A stretch of 64,000 bases of DNA, from the NCBI GenBank assembly GCA_965113315.1, contig OZ220368.1. One strand, given 5' to 3'. Shown here in pieces: positions 1-13,177 of this stretch. This stretch comes from Podarcis vaucheri. Taxonomy: Eukaryota. Under the pieces are notes generated by a model. The model saw nothing but the letters and a program-made list of their open reading frames with translations, was not told where the DNA came from and did not search any database. The translations under genes were made by a program, and so were the position numbers. The first letter of the stretch is position 1, and each line of letters opens with the position of its first letter.

Positions 1-3000
1 AAAACACTACTGTTTAAGAAACTTCAAATGTCACATTAGCTATGAGTTCTGGGATTGGGAGAGATATAATGCATTGCTAGCTGCTCTCTCCTAGCAGTAG
101 CAAGAACATTTGGATTTAATAACGCTTTTCCTTCCCTCCATAAGAACAGGAATGCTACCCTGGGATTTTCTTTATTTGGTGAAACACATGATGACACACC
201 ACTTGGCTGCAACTGCAGCTGAAAGGGGATGTTGATTTGTTAGGTCTAGTCACAATATTAAGAAGACCTGGTGGCTACTCTTCAAATCTCTTCATAAGAT
301 GCTGGGCTCATAACAGAACAGAATGACTCAGCTAAAGCATAGCAATATCCTTAAAAGAATGAGAGCCTAGCGTGTCTCTAAGGTTTCCATGATGAGGAGC
401 TTTAGCCATGAGATAAGAGAATGATCTGATGGGTAATCTACTCAGTATTACGGTCATACTGAGAACATGTAAATTCTATGTGCTACTACAGATGTGTATG
501 TTTTGTTTAACACATCTTAAAAAAAAAAAAGTATTTTCTCAATTGGATGTCCCCTACTGAATTCAGGAGAATTCCCAGGTTGTGTCCTTGGGCTTGCAGG
601 CAAAGTGCAACCCCACATCCAGAGCCAATTGAACCCTCTTTCTGGAGAAGACCAACTTCCCACCCACAGTATCTCCATTTTGTCTGAATTAAATTTCAGT
701 TTGCCTACCCTTGTTCATGTTAAAATTGCCTCCAGATACATAATTGACCACTAGTTTATTAACAGAAGCCAATGGAGATGGATACATACAAGCCCTGCCT
801 TTGTTCAAAGAGCTTACTCAATATTTATCAAAAACAATCTAGAGAGAAGACGGGCATGGTGGGATCGGTTGCCAGTTGATATATGAAGGTGTATGTCGTT
901 GAATTACTGACTTTGAGACTTATCCCTGGACCTTGGCGATCCTGGATTAAGAAAAATTATGACCTATGTGAGCTCCTATTAAAGAGCTCCCGTACACCAT
1001 TCTGCCAATGCATTCTTGCCCCCTTCTCACATTACCTTTGTGCTATGGTTGCCACCACTATGGTGAACTGCAAAGGGTCCAACCATGTGGGAAGCTGCAT
1101 ATCTGAAGAGGTTCACATATCATCCTAACCACCTAAATGGCATCATCAGCCAACCCAAATCAGCCCACCTCAAACAGGAGCTACTTCACACAAAAACAAT
1201 TCATTTTCTGACATTCACGCTAGGCAGCTACAGTACATCACTGTGATCCAAGAGGGCAGCACCTCCATTTAGGCCCCCGAGCTGTACTTGTTACACCTAC
1301 ACACATACTTCACAACAGCATCAAGCATTGTTTGCAATTGTGTGAACCTGCTTTTTAACAAGAAGTAAAGCTAACAATGCCATCTCATACATTGCTACAA
1401 AAAGATCCCATTAAATTAAAAGATGCTTACTCTCAGGTATACACAATGGGGAAACAGGCAACATCCTACCTTTTAAGAAATGGCTTGGTGAACGTATTTC
1501 CTTGAAGCCTGGTTTGTTCAGCATGGGGAGTTTGTTATTAATTTTAAAAATATATTTCTGGATCACTATATTGGATTAGATAATGCAAGGACTACAATGC
1601 AAGAACTATCAAAGCAGACTTGTTTTTAAACACTTGCCTGGTCGCCATGGGCAACAAGGAATTTCATCCAGGCGAGTGACTGGGCTGCTGGAGGATCAAT
1701 GGAGTGCTTCAACCCTTCTCTGGTAGCTTCCTGCATTTCTATGCTGGGCTTGGAGGAGGTTCCAGGGGTGGGGATGAGGGGCTGAGCACCCATTCCCTTC
1801 TCCAGCATCCTTTCTGTGCTGGACAGGGAGGTGGGGAAACTGCCTCCTTCTGTCAAGCAAAGAAACCAGGCAGACTGACACGAGGCAGAAGTCTGAACAC
1901 TCCATCCCTCTTCTGACAGCCCACTGCCATTCCAAGCTAGCTGATAATGGGTAAGCCCCCTCCGTGTTCAGCATTAAAAGCAAGAGGGTTCGCATCAGGC
2001 TGCTCATTCCCTCTTGCTACCAGTCTACCATGTTTTCATATACAGGCACAGCAGGTGACACCCCCCCCCCCGGCATGTCTAGCATAGAACACGCTGGCTG
2101 GCAATAGAAAGACAGAGAGATCCATGCCTTCGCTGCCAACCTGCTAAATTTCTATGCCGGGCAAACAGTACACCCACACAAAATGAAGTCAGTGGAGACA
2201 TGACATGTTTTTCATTCAGTTTATTCCATTGAGCGGGATGCTAAGTATACCAGTTTGGGTAACTAGAGCCAGGATTGGGGACATACAGTCATGTTTGCAA
2301 CATTTTACCATTGAGAATTCTGTGATGTGAAGGTAGACATATGGTATTTAAGTGGAGGAAATGCCTGTCGTTTGCCAATTCCTGTATGACACTATGTCAG
2401 TGCTTTATATATAGCAAGTGGACCCAAAATGTACAGATTTATATGGTAATTAGAGGAAGAACAATCTCAGCACCTGAAGAGCAACCAATAGCTTTCTCTA
2501 GGTGTCGGCAGGTATCTAAAGGTACCAGTACAAATTGAATTGCTTCACCCAGTATTCTCTAGCACACACTGGGGGTCCTATACTGAGCTTCCTGCAAACT
2601 ATGGATTGCAGACAGTAACTACCCTTGGGAATGCAGTCTCCCTCTGACCAGAACAATTCCCCCCTACTTATTCCAAATTCTACCACTGCATTGGTAGATG
2701 GGTTAATCCAGCGTTGTCCCTGGCATTTTCTATGAGGATGATGTTGCTTTGGAATCTCACCCATCAACCTGCTGGAGAGGCTTACCAGACAACTACATAG
2801 TTTTTACTTTTCACTTGCCGTGCTTATGAGCTATTAGGCTTTGTTTATTTCCTGGTTTCCTGATGAATTTTATGGCTCCTAAAGTTCCATTTTTTGTTAT
2901 TAAGTTTTTATTTCTGATGTTTGTTATGCAGTTTTGATGTTAACTTTAATTTCAGTTGTAAATATGGAGCATATATTAAATGGAAAGCTGGTGAAGTAGT

Positions 3001-3283
3001 AAAAAGTTAAATGAATAAAAATACTGAGAAATACCTTAAGCTAGCATATGTCTTGATGTATTAACTTTGATATGCTAAACAAACAAGGAGGATGTAGTCT
3101 GGTAGATGTCTGGTCTTATAAGAAGAAGCATTAGTCTATCAAGTCCCCATAGATGTTTTCCTTTTTCTATCTACAAAGCAAAATCACTTACTGGTTGACA
3201 CATGCGATGTACCAAACCAGGTTTACAACCTTAATTATTGGTTTAAAATTATGATACTCAAATTGTAAAATAAAACCTCTCAC

Positions 3284-3402
3284 CTTTGCAGTAATCATTG
3301 GGATCTTCCTGCTCATCATCATCTGATCCCAGGATTTCCTCTTCTTGTTCAGGAAGATCATTCTCTGAATGGGCAGCAGGGCCTCGATGTTGGGTTTCTG
3401 GC
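3284..3402 (-). CDS. SRPK1: SRPK1 coding exon 3 (119 nt); downstream exons lie left of the window
   Basis: Minus strand reads tctcctag|G CCA GAA ACC CAA CAT CGA ... GAT TAC TGC AAA G|gtgag = (K)PETQHRGPAAHSENDLPEQEEEILGSDDDEQEDPNDYCK(G), the SRPK1 N-terminus. Phase matches exon 2. Confidence 0.97.
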
Positions 3403-4309
3403 CTAGGAGACATCGTAAGTTTGTAAGTCGTAATCTTTTTATTGTGTGTACTTAGAGCAAAGGAAGAAAGAATATGCAAAGACTAAAATGCAGTTTGAGG
3501 TTGGATAATGATAGGCAAAAGAAATATTCCTAATTTTTAAAGAAGTAACTGAAATGCAGATGCATCACATCTATCTCAGTTCACTTTGGTTGGAACAAAC
3601 CCTCTCAGCAGATACAACTTGTGCAGACAACTCCACATGTGCAGCAAGTACCGACACTCAAATTAGTACAGTTTCAAAAGATACCAGTCACACCAATGTT
3701 TAGAGCTGTCTTCATGGAGGGTCAAATGTTGCACAGTACACCAATCACTCCCACTATGATTATGCCAGGTATTTGCCTTGCTCAGTCATGGGGATGGAGT
3801 CAACTGCACTTTTGCCAGGTACAGCTGTGCTTTGTGATGCATTTTGTCTGTAGCAGAATGTCCTAAGCTGGAGGCGCTGGGCCAAATTACTGCCCCTCTC
3901 CAAAAAATGCCAATCAAGAGGCGAGAGACTCAGGCAGAGAGTAACAGCAGCAAGAATTCAGGCTTGTAACTAACTACTCACCTTGTAGCTATAAGCAAAC
4001 AGGAATTTCATACTGGCAAGGGAGTGAGCTGGTAGAGGATGGATCTCTCCATCCCTCCTCTGCCCAGTCCACTTGGTTTCCATGCCAACCATGGAGGAAG
4101 GAAAGCACCTACCTCCCTGATCAGTGTGAAAACCAAGCAGGATGGTGGAGGGATGGTTCATTTTATGTCTGCTTGATAGCAGGGTTCTTTGTTTTTGGCT
4201 TTTTTAAGAACTTTCATTTCCATGCTGGTTGTGGAGGGGCTTCCGTTCCTCTCCAGCCAGCAGGGAAATGCAGGCTGCCAGTGTCTCAATGGAACAGTAA
4301 ACATTTCAA

Positions 4310-4560
4310 TAGGCTGGTAGCTTTAGCAGCCTAATTTATCTGAAGGACCCTCTATACCTGTATGAATCTGCCCAAGATCAGAGTCCAAGACCCTGCTCTA
4401 TGGCCTGTCATAAGGCGGGTAGGTTCTAGGAACAGGGCTTTCTCAGTGGTGGTCCCAACCTTTCGAATTCCTCCCCAGGGAGATACACATGGTCTCCTCA
4501 TTACTGGCTTTCAAAAATATTTTGATAAAAAATAACAGGCATTCAGAAGGCTTCAGCAGT
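4310..4560 (+). mobile_element. Degraded LINE (L2-like) 3' fragment
   Basis: GGGCTTTCTCAGTGGTGGTCCCAACC...AATTCCTCCCCAGGGAGATAC resembles the RAFS..AP.LWN.LP end of L2 ORF2. Recognised by eye only. Confidence 0.5.
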
Positions 4561-7500
4561 GTAGGATAGTCCTTAGGCTAAAAATAATTGCCAGTGGCTC
4601 ACAGAAGACTTGCAGTGAAAACTGCTTGGTGATGGGTTCAGGATGAAGGGAAATTTTAGGATTCTGAATTATTTTCTATAGACAGCCCCTCAGAATGGCT
4701 TCAGTTTAGTCATCCTATTACAGGTACCCAAATGCATTCCAGCCCTATAAGTGACTCAGTGTGCTTCCATGCAGTGGGACGAACCCATCTTTATGGCTCC
4801 CTAAAAACGGGAATTTCAAGCTACTGTATAGAGTGGCAGAAAAGAAAAACCCAATCTTTCAGCAGAAAGAAAAATAGTCATGCATATCTAGAAACATGTA
4901 ACTACAAGTTGCATGCTGTCAAATAGTAGTTGTCAGGCTTTAGACTGACAGCTACAGTGATCCATGGCATATTATATTTGAATACCAAGAGAAACATACT
5001 TATATCTAGTCACTCCCTGGATTTTGTTTGTTAAATATTGAGTTGCTCAGCTGATCATAAAGCACAAATCAATGCTCTGAAGGTCCCCAACCCTCTGGAG
5101 AAGATTTTTGAGTGTGCACAAGGTTGTTAGTGGTAGGGGGAATAGCCAAAAATTGCTTCCCTCTTCATTCTCTTCTTATTGACAGCTATGTGACAACATT
5201 ATATAAAACACATAACAGTTATTTTACAGAGTAACAAATAAACCTTTTGTAAAGTAACTGGTTTCACAAAACAATTGTGAAATACAGCTATCGCGGAGTT
5301 TGGTGTAGGGATGTTCAAACAAAAATAAATAAATCAGCATACTTGCAAAGAGTGCTCATGTACACTTCTGGAACATTTTACACACATTCTAAACTGACTG
5401 TTCCCTCCACACACTCATCTCTTGAAGATTTATTTAAACTCCCTACACCTTTCTTTGGCAAAAATTAGAAGTTGTAAATATTCACAGTTAGCCTAATGCG
5501 GGCAGAGCACATACAGGAATAAACACAAAATCAAATGTTAAACAAGAGTTAAGACAATTGCAGACAATGATTTTTAAAAATCACAACGCTACCCAATAAA
5601 TCTCAAACCTAGAGAGGAAATGAATAAGGATGAAATCGATGTGATCCCTCTAGAAGCCACACCCATCACAGCAAATCTCTTCATTAATTACGTCATAACT
5701 ATGGGAATGCTGAATTGTTAAGGTTTACTAGATCGGTTTTTAATGACAGAACGTTCTAGGGTCTGCATCGACAAGGAATTAGGTAAGCCTTAAAGCTATT
5801 TTTCCAGGCAAAAACGCCGTCTGAAATTCCCTGAATATTCTGCAATCACACATCTCTTCCACAAGCACAATTTTCCTGCAGCAAAGAAGTTACTAGAAAG
5901 CCTTCATAAAGCTTTTGAGAACTATCCTGATCCTTTATCTAAAGGAAGTCTGAATGTCTTATCACTGAGTGATGTTACAAAGACTCAGAGAGCTCAACAT
6001 CTTTGCAATTAATTATTTCAAGTCCTTATACTTTCAAAATGAGAGTGAACTATTATTTGCCAGGGAGTGAAAAAGACCACATAACATTGCAGAGATGTGA
6101 TTGCCTTTCAAAGGCAATATTTTCTCTCTAATGTTTCTTGGAAAGTATGTGTACTTTTGCTATTAAATCTTTAAAAAATGCTCAATACAATCTCCACAAC
6201 TGCTCCTGCCCCGCCCTCCTAAAATGTATCCCTCCTAAAATGCACCCCAAACGGGCATGGGCAAGGATGGTAAAACATGCATAGGAGGTACAAAGACCTT
6301 ATTTTAATACATCATTTGATTCTAAACAATGATTTATTTGAGCAAATTGTTACTAAGAAGAGGAACCTGAAAGCATCTTCTGATTTATTTAAACGATTTA
6401 GAAGTCAGCTTGTAAGCAGGGACAAAAGGCTGATGTGAGAGTTCCAGAGACTGCATTTCAATGAATAAAAAACAGACAGCTGTCAGAACTGCTACACTGC
6501 TAGAAACACATCAAATGCTAACAGAAGCCTTGAATGAATCCATTTTAACATATCAGAACATTTGGCAGACATCCACCCCAACAAGCACCTTGGGCTTCTG
6601 AACATCTACTTGCTTTTACAACCTAACTTCATTGGATTTGTTCTTAAGCTAAGCATCTGGTAAGATTACATGCTAGGGGAGGGCGACAATTGAATCAGTG
6701 ACCTCAGGAAGATTTATGAGCTTAAACTGAATTCAGAGAAGTCCTCATTGAGGCAGCCAAACTCCCTTTTTTCCATCTGGGTTTTAAAAAATGCTGTAAA
6801 AGGCAAGCTTACCTGCACGAAGCACGAACTCCCATTGATGAAGGTATTTCTGAAGTCGGGCCAACAGTTTTCGAAAGAGCCATCAAAAATTAAATGGCAC
6901 CCTGGTGCAAGTAATAGCGGTACATAAATTGCAAGCAGAGGGCTGGTTCTTCCTGAACACAGCAAAGCTTTGTGCAAAAGCAAGAGAGAAAAGGAATTTG
7001 CCTCCACCACCTAGCTGCAGATGCATAGCACTGCATTGCAGGTAAATGCCTTGCAGCATCACTGAAGAGAGTTGCTCTCAGCTAATTTGCTTCCCGAAAA
7101 ATTTAGCCATGCTCCGGAATGACCAAAAACTCATTCTATTCTTTTGATGCTGACCAACTTCCAAAGTCTTTCCAGATATACTAACTATGTAGCCTAACTG
7201 AAGTGAAGCTCCGAGTTTCCTGTTCAATAATAAATTTCCTTCAGAACTTTGAAAGAAAAGAGTATCACAGTATTGATTATACTGTATGAGCACAAGAGCT
7301 CAAAGTATTAGCTTCTCTGTGCCAGTAGGTGCCAATTATTCTTCTAGCTCTACCCAAAAAATTCTATGGAAAAGATGGAAGACAATTTTCATAAAGGCAT
7401 CCCAACCTAAACAAGACAAGCTTCTTCATCTCATATGTTCTTATTAAGAAATAAACAAACTGGACAATTGCAGAGGCAGGTGCCAGTATCATTCTTGGCT

Positions 7501-7935
7501 ATTGTATGGTACTTCTGCAACATATTTAGCCTTTCAGTTCATGCTGGCATTTCAGTGATTAACTGAGCTGATGAACTATGAAAACAGCAACGCATCTGTC
7601 TATGTAAAAAGCAGTATACAGCTGAAAAGGCAGAGAAAAAGTTACATGAAGCAAGACAAATGAAGATGCAGCTGAAATACAGTCTGAATAAGTGTGGTCA
7701 GCAGCTCCACCTGCAAACACATTCAAGTTCTAGCTTGCACATCTTATTCATGAAATAAGCACAAATTTGTGCTGTAACATTCCGGGTATTGCAAGGTACA
7801 CTGCCATTGCCTACTCTAACAACAGATCTACTCAGGAGAACAACAGAAGCTCTTGCTTGCAAGTGAATCTGCCTGGCTTCAGTTAGGCTGCTGCAGTTTT
7901 TCTTCTCAAACAGATCGGCAAAGAAAGAAGTACTA

Positions 7936-8176
7936 CAGTCGTACCTTGGTTTTCGAACAGCTTAGTTCTCAAATGTTTTGGCTCCTGAACGCCTTAAACC
8001 CGGAAGTGGCTGTTTTGGTTTGCGAACTATTTTTGGAAGCTGAATGTCTGACAGGGCTTCCGATTGGCTGCAGGAGCTTCCTGCAGCCAATCAGAAGCCG
8101 CGCTTTGGTTTCCAAACATTTTGGAAGTCGAACGGACTTCTGGAAAGGATTCAGTTCGACTTCCAAGGTACGACTA
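7936..8176. mobile_element. Tc1/mariner-type MITE, family A
   Basis: TA|CAGTCGTACCTTGG ... CCAAGGTACGACTa|TA terminal inverted repeats and a central palindrome GCTTCCGATTGGCTGCAGGA/TCCTGCAGCCAATCAGAAGC. Confidence 0.9.
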
Positions 8177-8869
8177 TACTTACTGTGAGAAAACAGACTG
8201 AAGTCTTTTACAGCTTGTGAATCTGCTTGCAACTAAATGCTAAAACCAAATGGTTACTCTTAGGTAATTCCTTAGTTGCTCTGGGTGGGCGTGGAATGCA
8301 TGCAAGTAAAAAGTGATACAAGAACTTAACCAGGGAAAAGAGGGACAAACTCTAAAGACTTCCTCCCATGAAAATTAGATGGTGAAAACACAGCCAAAGA
8401 CTGGACTCCTATATGCATTTACATGGGATTAAACACCCATGTATGCAATAGAACTTCTTTTGAAGAATCAAATAACTAGTTCCACTCACTGAAGAGGGTC
8501 TGGGGCTTGAGATTCTCAAATGGCAACTCTCCCAACCCCTAGCCAATGTTACACAACAAGCCTTTTGAAACTAAAAGGATCTTTCAAACCCAGTTTGTTA
8601 TATGGCATGAGGCTTGCTGTTCAAAATTAAAAAATCTACTGGGCATGCTTTTTGGATCCCAGACTTGATTGCATATGCAATTCACATAACCAACAGTCCT
8701 TAACTAAGGCTGCCTGTAACTCTGATTCTAGTTATTCATGCATAAGCCCCATTCAATGTATGGGATTCACTGGTGCAGAACTGGTAGCAGAATTGCCATA
8801 CTAACTGTTTCATTTAATAATCTAGATAAAGTAGGCTTCTGATTATGTCTTCACAAGATATACATCATA

Positions 8870-9113
8870 CAGTCGTACCTTGGTTCTCAAACAATGCGTT
8901 CCGGGAGTCCATTCGACTCCCAGAACTGTTCGAAAACCAAGGAAGCAGCTTCTGATTGGCTGCAGGAATGTCCTAAAGCCAATCGGAAGCCGCGCCAGAC
9001 ATTTGGTTTCCGAAAATTGTTTGAAGACTGGAACACTCACTTCTGGGTTTTTTTTATCATTCGGGAACCAAAACATAGGAATTCCAAGGCGTTCGGCAAC
9101 CAAGGTATGACTG
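8870..9113. mobile_element. Tc1/mariner-type MITE, family A (opposite orientation to the 7936 copy)
   Basis: TA|CAGTCGTACCTTGGTT ... AACCAAGGTATGACTG|TA; interior is the reverse complement of 7936-8176. Confidence 0.9.
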
Positions 9114-10117
9114 TACTGTCTTACAGTATGCATGCTTAGTCTTTTACTGTAATCTACATTCTCCATATTTAAATGTATGGAGAATGTAGTAAGGTTCATA
9201 TTTTATGAAGAAAAACCAATCAAGTTCTTGTTCTTAAAAGTTATAATTAAGCAAAAACTCTTGCTTCCTCTCCCACAGACCTGAGAATGAAGGCTTTCTA
9301 TTTTCTTAAAGAAAACATGCCAATTAATCACCAGCTTTAGAACTAGAAAACTGTATGACTTCTATCACTGAGAAACAACCATAGGGTAGTTCTATTTGAT
9401 CTATTCTACTTATACCGGAGAACACATACCAGAAGGAGAACACATACCAGAGTAATTCGTTCATTTCTTCCTTCAGGCATTCATTCTCAGGATGAATGCC
9501 ACCAAACTGTGTTCGAACAATAATAATGCATAAAGAAATAAGGTGATGCACTCCCAACCCGTCTGTAACCATTAACTGTTCTAGACAGAAATTCAGAGGA
9601 AACAGATTAAAAAAATAAAAGGCCAATTAACATGTAGCTTCTCATCGCAAGGTGAAACAATGAACATTCAAGCATTTCATTAGACACCATGCTGATTTAT
9701 GAGTGAAGACAGCATGTTCTTCAAAGGTGGGGATGAGGTGAAAAAAGCACTTGTATTCATGAGCATTTAACTCCCAGCAAGTAGGAATTTGGGGTTTAAG
9801 GGATCTCACCCTTTTCTCTCTGCCTATAGGAAGAAAGACAACAAAGAAGGAAAAACAGTATTGCAGGAGTGTCTTGCTCTCACAATCCTACATATTTTCC
9901 CACTCATTCAGTAGTGCCAGCAATGTCAGAAGAACAGAACACATGGCACAGAACACAGAGCAGACACATACAGATGGATCTGTGTATTAATGTTAAAACA
10001 ATTCAGGGTTGTGGAGAGCAAAAAAATTAGACCCAGCACACAGAATGGCTGCATTTACTTAAAGGGAAACAGCATTAGTTTATTGTATATCTATGGCTCA
10101 GAAGGAAATGTCATCTA

Positions 10118-10532
10118 CAGTGGTGCCCCGCAAGACGAAATTAATTCGTTCCGCAATTTTTGTCATCTAGCGAATTTTTCGTCTTGCGAAGCACGAAATC
10201 CCATAGGAATGCATTGAAAATCAATTAATGCGTTCCTATGGTCAAAAAAAGTCCAAACAAAGCCAAATTTGGTACAACAACAGTTTATTAACTGCTCTTT
10301 AAAGTCACACATACTGTAAAGAGCAGTTCAAAAATTGAAGGGAAAATAAATTAACTTTATAAACAAAACATGTCTTTGTTTTTAGCCAAAGAAAAAAAGT
10401 CGCGAGACGTTTTCGTCTTGCGAAGCAAGCCCATAGGGGAAATTCGTCTTGCGAGGCAAATCGCGAACGGAAAAAACTTTCGTCTAGCGAGTTTTTTGTA
10501 TTGTGAGGCATTCGTCTTGCGGGGCACCACTG
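10118..10532. mobile_element. Tigger/pogo-like MITE with perfect 22-bp TIRs
   Basis: TA|CAGTGGTGCCCCGCAAGACGAA ... TTCGTCTTGCGGGGCACCACTG|TA. Confidence 0.93.
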
Positions 10533-13153
10533 TATATTGTTTTGAGAGTTATACATGCAAAAAAGTAGAATTCCATGGAGGTCCCTGATGGCCACATACT
10601 CACAGACCTCTAGGCACTCTTTCCTCTACAGACAGGAGGGCAAGTGGATATCTCCCTAATTACCTACAGCCTTAGCATTTCGTCAGTGCTCTCCATCATA
10701 ATTAAATCAAAGCCTAGCTGGGGTGTAGAGAAGTGTGAGATGAGAGCTTGACTTGTTACCAGCTGCTACTGTTCTGCAGACCTTCTCCCCAAAGAGAGCC
10801 CTCCCCCTCAAAGCCCTGAAGTACAAGGATTTGGGGAACCTTGTGACCCTGCAAAGAAGGGTGTGTCACTCTCGTTTTTTTAATTGAAAGAGGGGGAATG
10901 CTGCATCCCCACACTAACAAAAATGCACAGAGGTAGCAGCAAGAACAACTGCTTGCTTTCCGAAGTTCTGGGAGGGAAATGAACCTTCATTGATGCATTC
11001 TAGCTAATGCAGGCAACTAATGCTCACAACCAGTAGGACCTGTACTCATGACATACTGACTAGGCCTGTGGGTTATAAATGTATTAAATATATTTTAAAA
11101 GGTGTAGGTAGTTATGTAAAACCACCACCTTGGAACACATTAAAAAGCAGCAAGCCCCTGCTCCCACTCAGAGTACACTTGTCAAGAAGCTTCACCGGGT
11201 CCCAACTGACAAGTGTATGGAGGACATGTTTTCAAACATTCATAGCATACTTGTGTGTGTGAAGAGGCCCGCAGGGTACAGACACAACAAAACAGTAATT
11301 CTACGTATAAGCACCAATGTTATCAGAAGGAAACCCATTGCCAGAAAAGCAGCACATATTTTGCAGTGATCACAGGTTATAATCACAGAAAGCACTCTAT
11401 ATGTATTGCCGTTTATCACCTCCATATTTGACCTCTGCCTTGACTTGAATGCTCTCTTTCTTTTCTTTAAAGTGTATTGGCTTTTAGCAGAGATCTGATA
11501 TTTGACTGTCAAATACCACATGCACTGCTGGCAGCTTGTTAGTAACCACTTGCCTGGTTATGAGCAAGGCTTACCTCTATGCAGGAAAGCCTGATAAAAA
11601 CTACTGCTATTAGAAGACGGATGACTAACATTAGTATGTGCAGGCGGGTGGGTTAGAAACATTTTTTGTGATCTTTTGCACAATTATATGCAAGTCAACA
11701 TTGTATATTTAAATGCTTCTTAAATTTAAAATATATTTTGATAAATCACTGTTAGCTTTGTATACATAGTAACATAGCTGCTGCTCAAAATTATTCCAAA
11801 AAGAAGGCATTATTTAAAGCCTGTTCTTTTAAATTTATTTTGCTGTTAACAAATAAGCCTATCCATCAAGTTCAGGGGCAAAATCACACAAGCAGCAGCA
11901 TTGAGCAGAGAAATCCACCTAGGGTTCAAAGACCCATTTCTTCTGCTAACCAACTCAAGTGTATGGATGGGCATCAATTGGGAGTAGGGAAGAATGAAAA
12001 AGGAAGGCATGGGAAACATGCACAGATCCTGTTATACTTCTTCCACACATATCACAGCTGAGGAGAAATGGGGCTCTGTTGAAACCCATGGAGTTTTGCA
12101 GTTCAGTATATATTGTGTCCTAAGCCTAACTTTGTTACAGCAAAATTCAACCACTTCTCTTCCTCTATGATAAAGGATAGCCATGGCTATTTTAAGGCTC
12201 TCGGAACTGCCAGAGTATTAGCCATCTTACATATGAAGATTCACAACATGTTAGCTGCAGAAACAGCGATAAACAAATTTATGTCAAGTCCTTGATTTTT
12301 TGACAAGAACGGAACATTTTTTATTGTTCTTTTCTACAAGCAATTAAAAAACCGGAACTCTCTCAGAGCACTAGCATTAAATGGGAAGCTACCTTGGCTG
12401 AACATGTTATAAAAACCACTCTACTTAAGCCACTATATGAATTTGTAAATAATGGTTTTGGGTTGTATAATTAAGTTAACTGTTGGCCAGCTCTTTTAAT
12501 TTTTACTAGAATGCTTCCACAGTGCACGACAGCTTTGAAAACATAGAAGAGCGAGCTTGGGAAATTTGGGATTCAATTTCTGAATATTACTAGCTTGCCA
12601 CAACTTTGCAGTAAACCTTCATGCAGTGGGTTATCAATATGGATTCAATCTAAATAGAGTAAAATATTTGAGACAAGAGACTACACTGAAAACAGTGCTA
12701 CAACTATTAAAACTTTGCAATCACAGCATGATTTCAGAAAGCATTATTTTAGACACAAAAATTGCCTTGACTGTTGAGAAGTGACATAAATGCTACATGG
12801 ACAAAAAAATAGTGAAGTGAACAATGGATGAGAAGAGGCATAAGGTAGGTGAATAAATGAAGCCACTTGACACCAAGTCAGAATATTGGTGCACCTAGAT
12901 CTATCTGGTTTTCCAATTGCTCAGAGGCAAATATTTCCCCCACTATTGCTACCTGAGTTAATTTAACTGCAGATTCCAGCAACTGAAACTAGGATCATCT
13001 ACAAAGCAGTACTTCATTATTGCTTTTCTCCAATCAGAGATGCCAGATTTGGGAGCTTTTTGTGCATTGCATGAGAATTGGAGAAATATGAATAATGAAG
13101 GGCAGGACATAACAAACCAAGGGCAACCCAGTCAGATGGGTGGGGTACAAATT

Positions 13154-13177
13154 AACAACAACAACAACAACAACAAC
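13154..13177 (+). repeat. (AAC)8 microsatellite, probably the tail of a short L2-type retroelement end
   Basis: aacaacaac... preceded by GGGCAACCCAGTCAGATGGGTGGGGTACAAATT. Confidence 0.8.

Noticed and set aside
540-800. Possible minus-strand LINE RT remnant
   Set aside because: Too decayed to assign without a repeat-library search.
7853-9199. ORFs with recurring LLIGCR / LQPIRS peptides (also near 23516 and 59502)
   Set aside because: They are translations of the same non-coding MITE family, not a protein family.
9416-9451. Scattered small tandem duplications (18 bp here; also near 6214, 35187 and 40445)
   Set aside because: Ordinary slippage or repair products in introns with no sign of function.
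10118-10532. Regularly recurring short motifs that could suggest a CRISPR-like array (also AACCCGAGG repeats at 55966-56190)
   Set aside because: Eukaryotic DNA; the motifs are subterminal repeats inside TIR-bounded MITEs with irregular spacing.
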